64,000 nucleotides of DNA from NCBI GenBank assembly GCA_038087875.1, contig CM075990.1, positions 3,660,001 to 3,724,000 of the forward strand, written 5' to 3'. The notes beneath the pieces are model-generated. The model saw only the letters and a list, made by a program, of their open reading frames with translations. It was not told the DNA's origin and searched no databases. This DNA is from Malacoraja senta (taxonomy: Eukaryota). The position numbers were made by a program, and so were the translations under genes. Below are positions 11,516 to 24,965 of this stretch, one piece after another. Every line of letters starts with the position of its first letter. The first letter of the stretch is position 1.

Positions 11516-14154
11516 ACTATATGGGAACAGGAGCACTATAATGCTGAGAACTATATGCTTCACTCTATCTCTTCCCCTTTGCTCTATCTATATTTGACGG
11601 TTGTATTCATGTATAAGTATATCTGATCTGTTGGATGGCATTCATTATTCCCTTGTTATTCCCTGACCATGTATCTGTACACTGTAAATGGCTCGATTGT
11701 AATTATGTATTGTCTTTCCGCTGACTGGATAACACGCAACAAAAGCTTTTCACTGTACCTCGGTACACGTGACAATAAACTAAACTCAAGTAAACAATTG
11801 ATGTCTGAAACTGATATAAACATAAAAAGTGGGACAGGCAGCATCTCTGGAAGGAAGGAATGGGTGACGTTTTGGGTCAAGACCCTTCTTCAGTTAGGGG
11901 AAAGGGCAACGAGAGATATAGATGGTGATGTGGAGAGATAAAGAACAATGAATGAAAGATATGCAAAAAAGTAACGATGATAAAGGAAACAGGCCATTGT
12001 AAGCTGTTTGTTTGGTGAAAATGAGAAGCTGGTGCGACTTGAGTGGGGGAGGGATGGAGAGAGAGGGAATGCCGTGGTTACTGAAGTTAGAGAAATCAAT
12101 ATTCATACCACTGGGCTGTAAGCTGCCTAAGCAAAATATGAGATGCTGTTCCTCCAATTTGCATTTAGCCTCACTCTGATAATGGAGGAGGCCTAGGACA
12201 GAAAGATCTGTGTGGGAATGGAAAGAAGAATTAAAGTGTTTAGCAACCGGGAGATCAGGTATTTATTTTATCAGATCATTTGGAGATTTTTATCAGATCA
12301 TTAGAGATCATTTTATTGAAACTGTACCTCGGTATGCATGACAATAATCAACCTCTTCCTAATAGGACTGAGGATGGGGTTTAGGAGTCTTAGAGAGGAC
12401 TTAGAGAGTTGTGAGGCGGTTACAGGGAGTTTGATAGTAACATAGTGAGATGGGCAGAAGAGAAGGGACTTGTGGAAGGGGACATGTGACCAAGGAGTAG
12501 GAGTACGGTGTAAAATAAAGAGGATGGATGGATAGGGTGGGAATTGTAGAGTGGGAGCAATAGAGAGATTGGAAAGGAATGTGAAATGTGGGGAAAGCAC
12601 CCGGGGCAAACCTGCGTGGTCACGGAGAGAACGTGCAAACTCCGTACAGACAGCACCCGTAGTTGGGATCGAACCCGGGCCTCTGGCGCTGTGAGCACTG
12701 TAAGGCAGCAACTCTACCGCTGCACTGCCCTAACTTGGCCGGCTATTTTTCAATGTTACTGACCCGGGGGGACTAATGTGGTCTGAACAGCAAACAACAC
12801 TCGGATCTCGCAGAGCAAAGTCTGGGTAAAGTAAGGAGTCGACGTGTCGATGTCTGATTTAGAAGCCTCAACACCACCATGCGATAGGAGCCGTCCGCAC
12901 AACTCAGCTATTCCCCCGACCTTCGACCCCGACAAGCCTCCATTCACTCTCCTGTCCAGAATGTTTAAGTTGAGGTGAAACATTTTTTGTGCTTCTTCAC
13001 TTTCGCTGTCAACAAATGATTCCTTTCAGCTCTTCTAAAAAAAAACTTTATCCCCCCCCCCCCCCCCCCCTGCCCCCCCACCACCTCATCAGAACAAAAT
13101 CAACCCTCATTCAGTGGGACAGACAAGAGGGCTTATTGAAGCTGCTGAATAGAATGTCTTACCTTCCTCTCGGGCCCTGCTTATTTTCCTAGCCACTCTC
13201 GCAGCTAACAGGATGCTGAGTTAGTCTTTGTGCAGCCCCATCAGTTCACCCAGAGCAGGAATGAAACAGCCTGAATATTGATGGCACTCAGTCCAAAGCC
13301 TCACAATTAGCCTGTTCATTCAGCGCTACGCTCTGGGGACCTCTCGGACCTGGGCCTGATGAGATGGGAACATCATGTATTAGGAGCAAGCCCACGAGGG
13401 AAGCAAAGCAGCCCTGGCACCAGCTCATTAATCACACGATGGGTGAGAAGACAAGGCCCATAGTGTAGAGGATCAAGCAACCCTTGGCCGTGACCAACAG
13501 CGGGACATCCCAAATGGCAGTGGAGCTAACGAGCGTGGATACGAGGAACCGCAGAAGCTGGTTTGCACAACAAAAAAGACACAGAGTGCTGGAGTCACTC
13601 AGCGGGGTCAGGCAGGATCTCTTGAGAACATGGACAGGTGACGTTTCAGGTTGGGACCCTTCTTCAGTCTGAACCCGTTGAGTTATTCCAGCATTTTGTG
13701 TTTCTCCTTAGTAAACCAGCATTCAAAGTTCCTCGTTTCTACTTTTTGAAACAAACAAAGGGATTTTTGCGTTTATTCCAGAACCAAGTGTGAAGCACTG
13801 AGCAGGCTCAGCCAGGAAAGAAGAGTCTAGTTGTGTAGTCATTTAATTCATCTTAATTCATGAAGGGTGGGGACCCTTCTTCAGACTTATTCTTGAAACA
13901 AATTCTTGGCTGCAGTGCAGAAACACTCCAGTGAACTTCGAACAGTTATCTGAGGTGCAAGCAACCAAAGATGTAACTGGAGTCTGAAGAAGGGTCCCAA
14001 ACCAAAACATCTTCACAGTCTGAAGGGTCCCGACCCAATACGTCACCTGTCCATGGTGTTTAGAGATGCTGCCTGACCCGCTGAAGTACTCCAGCTCCGT
14101 GTCTTTTTTAGCTGTTATAGTGGGCCTTTTTCATTCAATTTCTCAGGACCTATT

Positions 14155-14480
14155 TAGTTCAGTTTAGTTTTTAGTTTAGTTTAGAGATACAACACGGAAA
14201 CAAGCCCTTCGGCCCACCCAGTCCGCGCCGACCAGCGATCCCCGCACATGAACAAAATCCTACACGCTCTAGGGGAAACTTACAATTTTACCGGAGCCAA
14301 TTAACCAACAAACCTGAACGTCTTTGGGATGTGGGAGGAAACCGGAGCACCCAGAGAAAACCCACGCAGGTCACGGGGAGAACGTGCAAACTCCGTACAG
14401 ACAGCACCCGTAGGCAGGATCGAACCTGGGTCACTGGCGCTGTAAGGCAGCAACTCTACCGCTGCGCCACTGTGCCGCCC
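14155..14480 (-). mobile_element. HE1-like SINE (representative full copy). Other - copies near 7354, 20000, 21625, 21985, 22925, 25095, 27660, 41682, 47195, 54000, 55585, 56120, 57220, 58440
   Basis: tRNA-like head, conserved core and (TAAAC)n tail. Confidence 0.88.
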
Positions 14481-14549
14481 AGGGCACAAGAATTTATTTT
14501 CTGTCTTCAAGGTAGTAGGGTCATCTTGTAACTCTGCAGTCCTTCTATT

Positions 14550-15808
14550 GGGGGTACAGTCCACACGGTATTGTGGGTTCAGTATTGATGTGGATAGAGA
14601 ACTGGCTGGCAGACAGGAAGCAAAGAGTAGGAGTAAACAGGTCCTTTTCAGAATGGCAGGCAGTAACTAGTGGGGTACCGCAAGGCTCAGTGCTGGGACC
14701 GCAGCTATATACAATATATATTAATGATCTGGATGAGGGAATTGAATGCAACATCTCCAAGTTTGCGGATGACACGAAGCTGGGGGGGCAGTGTTAGCTG
14801 TGAGGAGGATGCAAGGAGGCTGCAAGGTGACTTGGATACACAAAAATGCTGCAGAAACTCAGCGGGTGCAGCAGCATCTATGGAGCGAAGGAAATAGGCA
14901 ACGTTTCAGGCCGAAACCCTTCTTCAGGCTTCTCCAGGTGACTTGGATAGGTTGGGTGAGTGGGCAAACGCATGGCAGATGCAGTATAATGTGGATAAAT
15001 GTGAGGTTATCCACTTTGGTGGCAAAAACAGGAAAGTAGACTATTATCTGAATGGTGGCCGATTAGGAAAAGGGGAGATGCAACGAGACCTGGGTGTCAT
15101 GGTACACCAGTGATTGAAAGTAGGCTGCAGGTGCAGCAGGCAGTGAAGAAAGCAAATGGTATGTTAGCATTCATAGCAAAAGGATTTGAGTATAAGAGCA
15201 GGGAGGTTCTACTGCAGTTGTACAGGGTCTTGGTGAGACCACACCTGGAGTATTGCGTACAGTTTTGGTCTCCTAATCTGAGGAAAGATATTCTTGCCAT
15301 AGAGGGAGTACAGAGAAGGTTCACCAGACTGATTCCTGGGATGGCAAGACTTTCATATGAAGAAAGACTGGATAGACTCGGCTTGTACTCGCTAGAATTT
15401 AGAAGATTGAGGGGGGATCTTATAGAAACTTATAGAAAATTCTTAAGCGGTTGGACAGGCTAGATGCAGGAAGATTATTCCCGATGTTGGGAAAGTCCAG
15501 AACAAGGGGTCACAGTTTAAGGATAAGGGGGAAGTCTTTTAGGACCGAGATGAGAACATCTTTTTTACACAGAGAGTGGTGAATCTGTGGAATTCTCTGC
15601 CACAGAAGGTAGTTGAGGCCAGTTCATTGGCTATATTTAAGAGGGAGTTAGATGTGGCCCTTGTGGCTAAAGGGATCAGGGGGTATGGAGAGAAGGCAGG
15701 TACAGGATACTGAGTTAGATGATCAGCCATGATCATATTGAATGGCGGTGCAGGCTCGAAGGGCCGAATGGCCTACTCCTGCACCTATTTTCTATGTTTC
15801 TATGTTTC
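14550..15808 (+). mobile_element. 5'-truncated CR1 (HER1-like) LINE
   Basis: RT motifs [26 protein letters not shown]; (TCTATGTT)n tail; nearly identical to the 34.5-36.8 kb copy. Confidence 0.92.
14839..14935 (-). mobile_element. 97-bp Penelope terminal-repeat insertion
   Basis: 14-bp TSD AGGTGACTTGGATA at 14825-14838 and 14936-14949; insert matches the 38510-38604 terminus. Confidence 0.8.
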
Positions 15809-17954
15809 TGATGAGGGTGTTCCCTGTGTGCTGTTCTTCCATTGTTAATTCATTCTGCATAGTGTTACCCCCTATATGTGCACTGCACTATTGCCTTAGA
15901 CCAAAGCACAGAGCAGCGTATAGTGGCAGAATGGCACAGCGAGAGAGTCGCTGCCTCACAGCGCTACAGACCCGGGTTCAATCCTGCCTGTGGGTGCTGT
16001 CTGTACGAAGTTTGTACGTTCTCCCTGTGACCATGTGAGTTTTCTCCGGATACTCCACTTTCCTCCCACACTCCAACAATCACAATAATACTTTATTAGC
16101 CACGTAGTTTTGCAACCTACGAGGAATTTCATTTGCTAAGTCAGTCATACAAATAAAAAGCAACGGAACACACCAAATACATTTTAACATAAACATCCAC
16201 CACAGTGACTCCTCCACATTCCTCAATGTGATGGAAGGCGAAAAAAAGTTAAATCTCTTCCCTTCGTTGCTTTCCAGTGGGCGCGGGCCTCGAGCCATCC
16301 ATTGATGGGACGATCTTGACTCCCGTAGCCGGCGGCATTTGGGCCCTCTGCATCGGGGCGATCAGCTCCTGCAACGGGGGGGGATGTCAGCTCCCCCACG
16401 CCGGCGATCGGACCCCGGGTCGGGGTTGGTTGAGCCTCTGCGTCGTTGGAGCTCCAGACTCGGCCTCTCCCGAGACTGCGAGCTCTTGATGGTAGAGCCC
16501 GCAGGCCACGGTTGGAGCGATCCCGGGCAAGGGCCATACAGGTTTGTAGGTTAATTGGCTTCAGTAAAATTGTAAACTGTCCCGAGTGTGTGGGATAGCG
16601 ACAGTGTACGGAGATCGCTGGTCGGCACGGACTCGATGGGCCAAAGGGCCTGTTGTAGCCTAGTGCTGCAAGGCGGCAACTCTATTGCTGCGCCACTGTG
16701 CCGCCCAAGAAGTTGGCAGATGGAGTTTCATTTTGGAAAATTCATCTCTTTGGAAGGAAGAATGAAATATATTATTTAACTGGAGATCGACCACAAATTG
16801 TGGAGGTATAAAGGGATCTGGAGCACAAAGCGCAAAATGTTGGCAAGCAAGTAGAATAAATAATTCGAAAAACTTGTGGAATGGTGGGTTTCATTGAAAG
16901 AAGTTAGGAATAGAAATTAGGGAAGTTTTGATACAACTCTAGTGGGCAGTGTTGAGACCACATCCACAGTATAACTAGCGTACATGTTTGGTCTCCATGT
17001 TTAAGGAAGGAAGTCTTCACATTGGAGGCAGTATGGGCAAGATTCACGAGTTGAATCTTGGGATGAAGTGTTTGATGCAGAATGAAAGATGGATTAGTGT
17101 AAGAAGGAACTGCAGATGCTGGTTTAAACTGAAGATAGGCACAAAAAACTGGAGTAACTCAGCGGGACAGGCAGCATCTCTGGAGAGAAGGAATGGGTGA
17201 CGTTTCAGGTCGAGACCCTTCTTCCGGTTGGGAATAGAGTCATTAGAAAACTGGGAGGTAGCCTTACCCAAACACATATGACTCTGTGACAGGGTGGATG
17301 CTAGGCAGATTTTTACCTTAGATGGGGGAATCATCATTGCCACAGAAGGCAGTGGAGGCCAGGTCAATGGATACTTTTAAGGCAGAGGTAAAAAGATTCT
17401 TGATTAGTTCGGGTGTCAGGGGTTATGGGGAGAAGGCAGGAGAATGGGGTTAGGAGGGAGAGGTAGTTCAGCCATGATTGAATGGTGGTGGACTTGACGG
17501 GCTGAATGGCCTAATTCTGCTCCTATTACTTATGACCTTATGACCTCATGAACTGGGCATGGCTTCAGAATAAAGGGCCCTCATTTTTGGCAGCAACAGG
17601 GAGGGATTTCTTCTTTCAGAGAGTCAGATATCTGTGACAATTTTTACTCCAGAGATTATGGACATTGAATAGATAGAGTCATAGAGTGATACAGTGTGGA
17701 AACAGGCCCTTTGGCCCAACTTGCCCACACCGACCGACATGTCCCAGCTACACTAATCCCACCTGCCTGCATTTGGCCCATATCCCTCTAAACCTGTCCT
17801 ATCCATGTATCTGTCTAATCGGTTCTTAAACATTGCTATAGTCCCTCAACTACCTCCTCTGGCATCTCCTGCACCTATTTTCTATGTTTCTATGTAACTC
17901 AGCTGGATTCCATGGAAACATAGAATATAGGTGTAGGCGTAGGCCTTCGGCCCT

Positions 17955-18597
17955 TCGATGACCTGCTACGGTTTTTACGGTGACCTGCTACGACTGCCGG
18001 CGACAGTCACAGTCGTAGCAGGTCACCGTAAAAACGGTGACTGGACTCCCCCTACGGCAATGTCTACGTCAACCTAACACCCGGTCGACGTCAAGCTATG
18101 ACAACCGGCGACCCAATTCTTCACGACTTAGGACGTCCACCTACGATCCACACCTACGACAACCTACGACCACACAGGCGGCAAACTACGACAACCGAAG
18201 TCAACCTACGTCCACCCGCGACAAGCTACAACAAGCTATGACCCTGTCGGCGACAACTGAAGACAATTCAGTCGCCGGTACCTGTCGCCGGTTGACGTAG
18301 GTTGACGCAGGTAGTTGCCATGGAATTCACCGACGTCATCACCCGGCGACAACCAACGTCACCTGCCGACAACCTGCGTCATCCTGGAGACAACCTACGG
18401 CAGCACCAACGTCAGGAGAAGACAAGCTACGTCAAGCCCACAGTCGCCAAAATGTTTTGAACATTTCAAAATCCAGAGGCGACCAGAAAAACGTTACGAC
18501 TCTTTGAGGAGATAACTCACGACCATACAGGCGTCACCCCGCGACCATGTGGCGACAGCCTAGTTGCCGAAAAAATCGCCTAAGTGGGACAGGCCCC
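17955..18597. mobile_element. Harbinger-like MITE remnant (right TIR only)
   Basis: GC/CpG-rich body with repeated ACGAC, ending AAGTGGGACAGGCCCC|TAA as in the 2188 and 39737 elements. Confidence 0.65.
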
Positions 18598-21371
18598 TAA
18601 CATGATCTCACGCGCATTAGGGACAATTTATAATTTTCCAAGCCAATTAGCCTACAAGCCGTTGTGGGGGTGTGGGAGGAAACCAGAGCACCCAGAGAAA
18701 ACATACTCAGGTCATGGGTGGGAACGTACAAACTCCGTACAGACAGCACCCGTAGTCAAGATTGAATCCGGGTCTCTGGCGCTGTGAGGCAGCCACTCTA
18801 CCGCTGCACCACCGTGCCACCTTGTTGTAAGCTACCCAAGCAGAATATGAGGTGCTGTTCCTCCAGTTTGTGTGTGGCCTCACTCTGGCAATGGAGGAGG
18901 CCCAGCATGGAAAGGTCAGCATGGGAATCACTGAGGGTGAAGTCCTCTCTGCCAGAGTATGTTCTATGGCCTGGCTACTCTCACTACTCCTTCCAAGTGG
19001 TTGTCACTATCAATACACCCTGATTCATTCGCCGATGGAAGGTACTGACTCATGATCTCTAGGAGAGTTTTCCCGATCTAGAAACATAGAAAGTAGGTGC
19101 AGGAGTAGGTCATTCGGCCCTTCAAGCCAGCACCGCCATTCAATGTGATCATGGCTGATCATCCAGAATCAGTGCCCCACTTCTGCTTTTTCCCCATATC
19201 CCTTGATTCCGTTAGGCCTAAGAGCTAAATCTTACCATCATATGTTAGTCCCGCCATCCCGGGAATTAACCTGGTGAACTTGTGCTGCACTCCCTCAATA
19301 GCAAGAATGTCCTTCCTCAAACTAGATGACCAAAACTGTACACAATACGCCAGGTGCCCTCTCACCAGGGCCCTGTGCAACTGCAGTAAGACCTCCTTGC
19401 TCCAACTGTATTCTCAAATCCTCTCGCTTTGAAGGCCAACATGCCATTTGCGTTCTTCACTGCCTGCTGTACCTGCATGCTTGCTTTCAGTAGCATATGA
19501 TCTAAGACCATGGGAACTGGTGGGGACTGGAGCCAAAGCTGAGGTCTCCGAGATCTAGTCCCAGCCACCTTTGTCACGTGGGTCCGACTTACACACGTGA
19601 CGGGATCTTCAAGGAAGGTATCGAGGAATCGAGAACCAGAGGACTTCGGTTTCAGATGAAGGGAAAAAGATTTAATAGGAATCTGAGGTGTAACTTTTTC
19701 ACACAAAGGATGGTGGGTGTATGGAACGAGCTTCTGGAAGAGGTAGTTCAGGCTGGGACTATCGTAACAATTAAGAAACAATTAGACAGGTACATGGATA
19801 GGACAGGTTTAGAGGGATAGGGACCAAACACAGGCTGGTGGGACTAGTGTAGATGGTGCATGTTAGTCGGTGTGGGCAAGTTGGGCCGAAGGGCCTGTTT
19901 CCACACTGTATGACTCTATGACTTTATAACTAAGGTGAATGATCCAAGTTGGTCCAGATATTTTTAATCTCCAATTTCTAAACTGCTTTAGTTTTAGAGA
20001 TATAGTTTTAGAGATGCAACGCAGAAACAAGGCCTTCGGCCCACCGAGTCCACGCTGATCGGCGATCCCCATGTACTAACACTATCCTACACACACTAGG
20101 GACAGTTTTTTTTTTTTACCAAAGCCTATTAACCTACAAACCTGTACATCTTTGGAATGTGGGCGGAAACCGGAGCACCCGGAGAAGAACCACGCGGTCA
20201 CAGGAAGAACGAACAAACTCCGTAAAAATAGCTGTCGTAATCAGGATCGAACTCTGGTCACTGGCGCTGTGAGGCAGCAACTCTACCGCTGCACCACCGT
20301 GCCACCCCACCCCAGCATTCATGAAATCGCAACCAATCTGTATTAAGTTATTTATTCATCGTCACAAAATTATGAATCCAATAATATAATAACTGAGACT
20401 TTGTGCTTGGCTACAGCCAATATTCTTGTACAGTTTTTAAAAATCTCCGCTGCCATTTTCAAAATGGTTTCCAGCGAGGAAACTGCATTTGCTGTTCCAC
20501 ATCGTTGGACATCGTTAATCTGTTCAATGGGAAAAGGCTTCTAGTTTGAGATCAGCACTGGGCCTGTACTCGCTGGAGTTTAGAAGGATGAGGGGGTACC
20601 TCATTGAAACTTACCGAATCATGAAAGGCTTGAATACAGTGGATGTGGAGAGGATGTTTTCATTAGTGGGAGAGTCCAGGACCACAGGGCATAGCCTCAG
20701 AATAAAAGGTCGTACCTTTAGAAAAGAGGTGAGAAGGAATTTCATCTGTCAGAGGGTGCTGAATCTGTTGAATTATTTGCCACGGAAGGCTGTGGAAGCC
20801 ATCATTGGGTATTTATAAGGTGGAAGTTGACAGATTCTTGATTAGTACGGGTGTCAGGGGATTGAGATGGGAAAGTAGATCAGCCGTGATTGAATGACGG
20901 AGTAGACGTGATGGGCCGAATGGCCTAATTCTGCTCCTGTGACTAATGAACATGAGCAATCGGCAGTGGACGGCCGGTCGGATATCATCTATAAACGTGG
21001 ATTGATTCAGCAAACAGGATCCCACTTGATCAGCATCCAGATGGGAAGGCAGGAAACGTGCAGCTCAGCATACCAGGGAGTTTCCATCCAGCTCTGAAAC
21101 CCCCAAGTGATAATTAGGCAGTTTACAGAAACATAAGAATCTATTTGTCGTGCAGTAAAGCTGGAAAGACTTGGGAGCCAGATGGTGAGGGCAGAGATGT
21201 CATCATCATGCCAGAGTCTCGGGAACTCTAGAAGACAGACGGACGGACGGACGATAATTGATGAGTCATGTCAAGCAGCTAGACGAAAATAAAGCTGCTC
21301 AGAAAAGGTTCCTTGTGTAAGATCCAGCCAAACAGTAAAGGAAAAAGGTAACACTGACCCTGCTGAGAATG

Positions 21372-21558
21372 TTCAAGAAGGAACTGCAGATGCTGGAAAA
21401 TCGAAGGTAGACAAAATTGCTGGAGAAACTCAGCGGGTGTGGCAGCATCTATGGAGCGAAGGAAATAGGCAACGTTTCGGCCCGAAACGTTGCCTATTTC
21501 CTTCGCTCCATAGATGCTGCCGCACCCGCTGAGTTTCTCCAGCAATTTTGTCTACCAA
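21372..21558. mobile_element. Fold-back Penelope terminal-repeat insertion
   Basis: 10-bp TSD GCTGAGAATG at 21362-21371 and 21559-21568; inverted arms 21406-21480 / 21482-21556. Confidence 0.82.
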
Positions 21559-23419
21559 GCTGAGAATGGTCTGACATTTCCTTTTTATGCAGCATTGAAA
21601 TGACTGCATAAGATTATTTCATTTTTTTGGAGATACAGCAGGGAAACTGGCCCTTCGGCCCACCGAGTCTCCGCCGACCAGCGATCCCGCACACTATCAC
21701 TAGGGACAAATTCACATTTTATACCAAGCCAATTAACCTACAAACCTGTGTGTCTTTGGAGTGTGGAAGGAAACTGGAGATCTCGGAGAAAACCCGCGCA
21801 GGTCACGGGGAGAACGTACAAACTCCGTGCAGACAAGCACCGGTAGTCAGGATCGAACCCGGGTCTCTAGCGCTGTAAGGCAGCAACTCTACCGCTGCGC
21901 CAACGTGCCAAGATCTGGTGCAATCATTCGGTGTCTTTCTCATAACATCATTAAACATTTTACAGCCATTCAGCTTTTCTAGTTTTTATTTAGTTTAGAG
22001 ATACAGCGTGGAAACGAGCCCTTTGGCCCATCGGGTCTGCGCTGCCCAGCGATCTCCCATTCGCACTAGTTCTATGTTAACCCTCGTTCTCATCCACTCC
22101 CTGCACACTAGGGGACAATTTTACAGAGGGCCAATTAACTACAAACCGGCACGTCTTTGGAGTGTGGGAGGAAACTGGAACGCCCGGAGGAAACCCACGC
22201 AGTCACAGGCTGAACGTGCAAACTCCACACAGACAGCATCTGAGGTCGGGATCGAACCTGGGTCTCGGCCGCTTTGATGCCGGGGCTCTGCCAGCTGCGC
22301 CACTGCGCGAGAGCGTAATTCTAATAGCCTTCTACATCTACTTCAAGGGAGCAGGTGGGTGTGGTTCTAATCGAAGGTAGACACAAAATGCTGTAGTAAC
22401 TCAGCGGGACGGGCAGCATCTCCGGAGAGACGGAATGGGTGACGCTTCGGGTCGAGACCCTGCACAGGTGTGGTTTTAACCTACCATCATCACTCACTGT
22501 GTTCCAGCATTCTCTCCACGTGGCACTAAGGTGTTGGCTGGGATCATGGACCTTAATGACTGGAGTAGAATGTACCCACAATCTTCTGGCACTTAGGAGG
22601 GTGCTGCCACACAGCCAAAACTGACATCACTCTCACTCACTAGCCACTGGCCCTTAATACAAATTGCCTGTATAAAAGTATACTTTGACATAATTTCCCA
22701 GAACAAGCTTGTGTAGAAGCATTGTACCAATTTGGATGACATTCAGTGGAATGACTTATGCACAAAATTTCCTCTTAATATTGTTTGTCGTTTCTACCAG
22801 TGATACATGGATATGCAGTGAATGGAGGATATGGATCACGTGCAGGCAGGAATGATTAGTTTAACTTGGCTTCATGTTTTGCATGGACATTGTGGGCTGA
22901 TGGTCCTGTTCCTTCACACTTCAGACTTTAGAGATACAGCACGGAAACAGGTCCTTCGCTCCACCCAATCCGTGCCGACCAGCGATCACCCCGTACACTA
23001 GCACTACCCCACACACTAGGGACAGTTTACAATCTTTATCGAAGCCAATTAACCTACAAACCTGCACGCCTTTGGAGCGTGGAAGGAAACCGGAGCACCC
23101 GGGGAAAACCCACGCGGTCACAGGGAGAACGTACAAACTCTGTGCAGGCAGCACCAAAGGTCAGGATTGAACCCGGGTCTCTGGCACTGTAAGGTAGCAA
23201 CTCTACCGCTGCGCCACCGTGGTGGATATTTCAATGTTCGATGTTCCATATTCCAGGCCTTGGTGTTTATGATCCACATAAACACCTTCTGTCCTTCTTC
23301 ACCTAATGTACCCTTTCGCCATTCAGCTTACTGGTCCATCTCCTGAAAACATTGTGTTGTGCCTGGAATATCCGATGTATTTATTTGTCGAGTTATTGTG
23401 TGGAAAGTGCAGGTAAAGT

Positions 23420-23840
23420 TTACTTTGGTTTATTGTCATGTGTACCGAGCTACAGTGAAAAGCTTTTTTGTGTACTATCGAGTCAGTGGGAAGTCTATAC
23501 ATGAATACAATCGAGCCATCTACAGTGTACAGATACATGATAAAGGGAATAAAGTTTAGCGCAAGATAAAGTCCAGTAAAGATAGTCCAAGGATCTCCAA
23601 TGAGGTCAATGGGAGGTCAGGACCGCTCTCTAGTTGTTTTCAAAGAATGGTTCAGTTGCCTGATAACAGCTGGGAAGAACATGACCCTGAATCTGAAGGT
23701 GTGCGTTTGTTTTCACACTTCTGTACCTCTTGCCTGATGGGAGAGGGGAGAAGAGGGAGTGACTGGGATGAGACTGGTCCTTCATTATGTTGCTGGCCTT
23801 GCCGAGGCAGCGTGAAGTGTAGAAGGAGTCAATGGAAGCT
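23420..23840 (-). mobile_element. Rex1/Babar-like LINE 3' fragment
   Basis: KASNIMKDQSHPSHSLFSPLPSGKRYRS C-terminal motif followed by 3' UTR. Confidence 0.7.
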
Positions 23841-24269
23841 GCAGCAAGTAGGAATTTTACCGTAGGACACACAGTGGCAGAGTCACTCAGGGGGTCAGGT
23901 AGCAACTCTGGAGAACATAGATAGGTAACGTTCCGGACCGGGACTTTCTTCATTCCTGGGCATTTGAGCAATGGTAAAGGCATGAGAATAGGATCCTGGT
24001 GATTGTCAGCATGGGATATAACGACAGTCAGAGGCTGAGGTACAGAGGGATGAGGGCTGGGAGTGGTGTAGATTAGATATGACCACACGGTCATTCACTA
24101 TGATTCAGCTCACTAACACTGGGGCAGCTGAGCATGTTAATGTGTGTTTCTCCAGACAACTGGGCCATTGTGAGTGGAAGGGGCCCCTTCAGATTGCAGC
24201 ACTGGTCACTGTGAAAGATACTCATCTACTCGTAATGTATTTAAAGAGCTTGGTTTCCACACTGGAATA

Positions 24270-24297
24270 GTGTGATAATGTGATTGTGTGATTGTGT

Positions 24298-24392
<95 letters not shown>

Positions 24393-24965
24393 TGTGTGTG
24401 TGTGCATGTGTGTGTGTGTGTGCGTGTGTGTGTATGCATGAGTGTGGGTGTGTGTATACATCTGTGTGCATGTTCATTGTGTGTGTTCATGTGTTTGTGC
24501 GCAAGAATGTGCATCCATGTGTGTTCATGTGTGTGTTTTCATGTGTGTGTGTGTATGTGTGTGTTTGCTTGTGAGAATGTATGTTAGTATGTTTGTATAT
24601 TTGTAGTGTGTGTGAGTGTGCGTGTGTTTGTGTATGTGAAAATGTGTGCATATATTTGTATGAGTTTTAGTGTGTGCATGTGTGTAAACGCACATGTATG
24701 TGTGTATGCATGCATGTGTGCGTGTGTATATGTGTGTGTGTGCATGCATGTGTGCATGCGTGCGTGTGTGTGCATGCATATGTGCGTGTGTGCGTGCGTG
24801 CGTGCGCGCGGGCTTGTGTGTGTGTGCATGCATGCGTGCGTGCATGTGTGTGCATCCATGTGTGCGTGCATGTGTGTGTGCATGTGTGTGTGCATGCGTG
24901 CGTGTGTGTGTATGCATGTGTGCGTGCATGCGTGCGTGCGTGTGCGCGTGCTTGTGTGTGTGACA
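24270..24965. repeat. (GT)n / (GTGC)n compound microsatellite
   Basis: Directly visible low-complexity tract. Confidence 0.97.
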
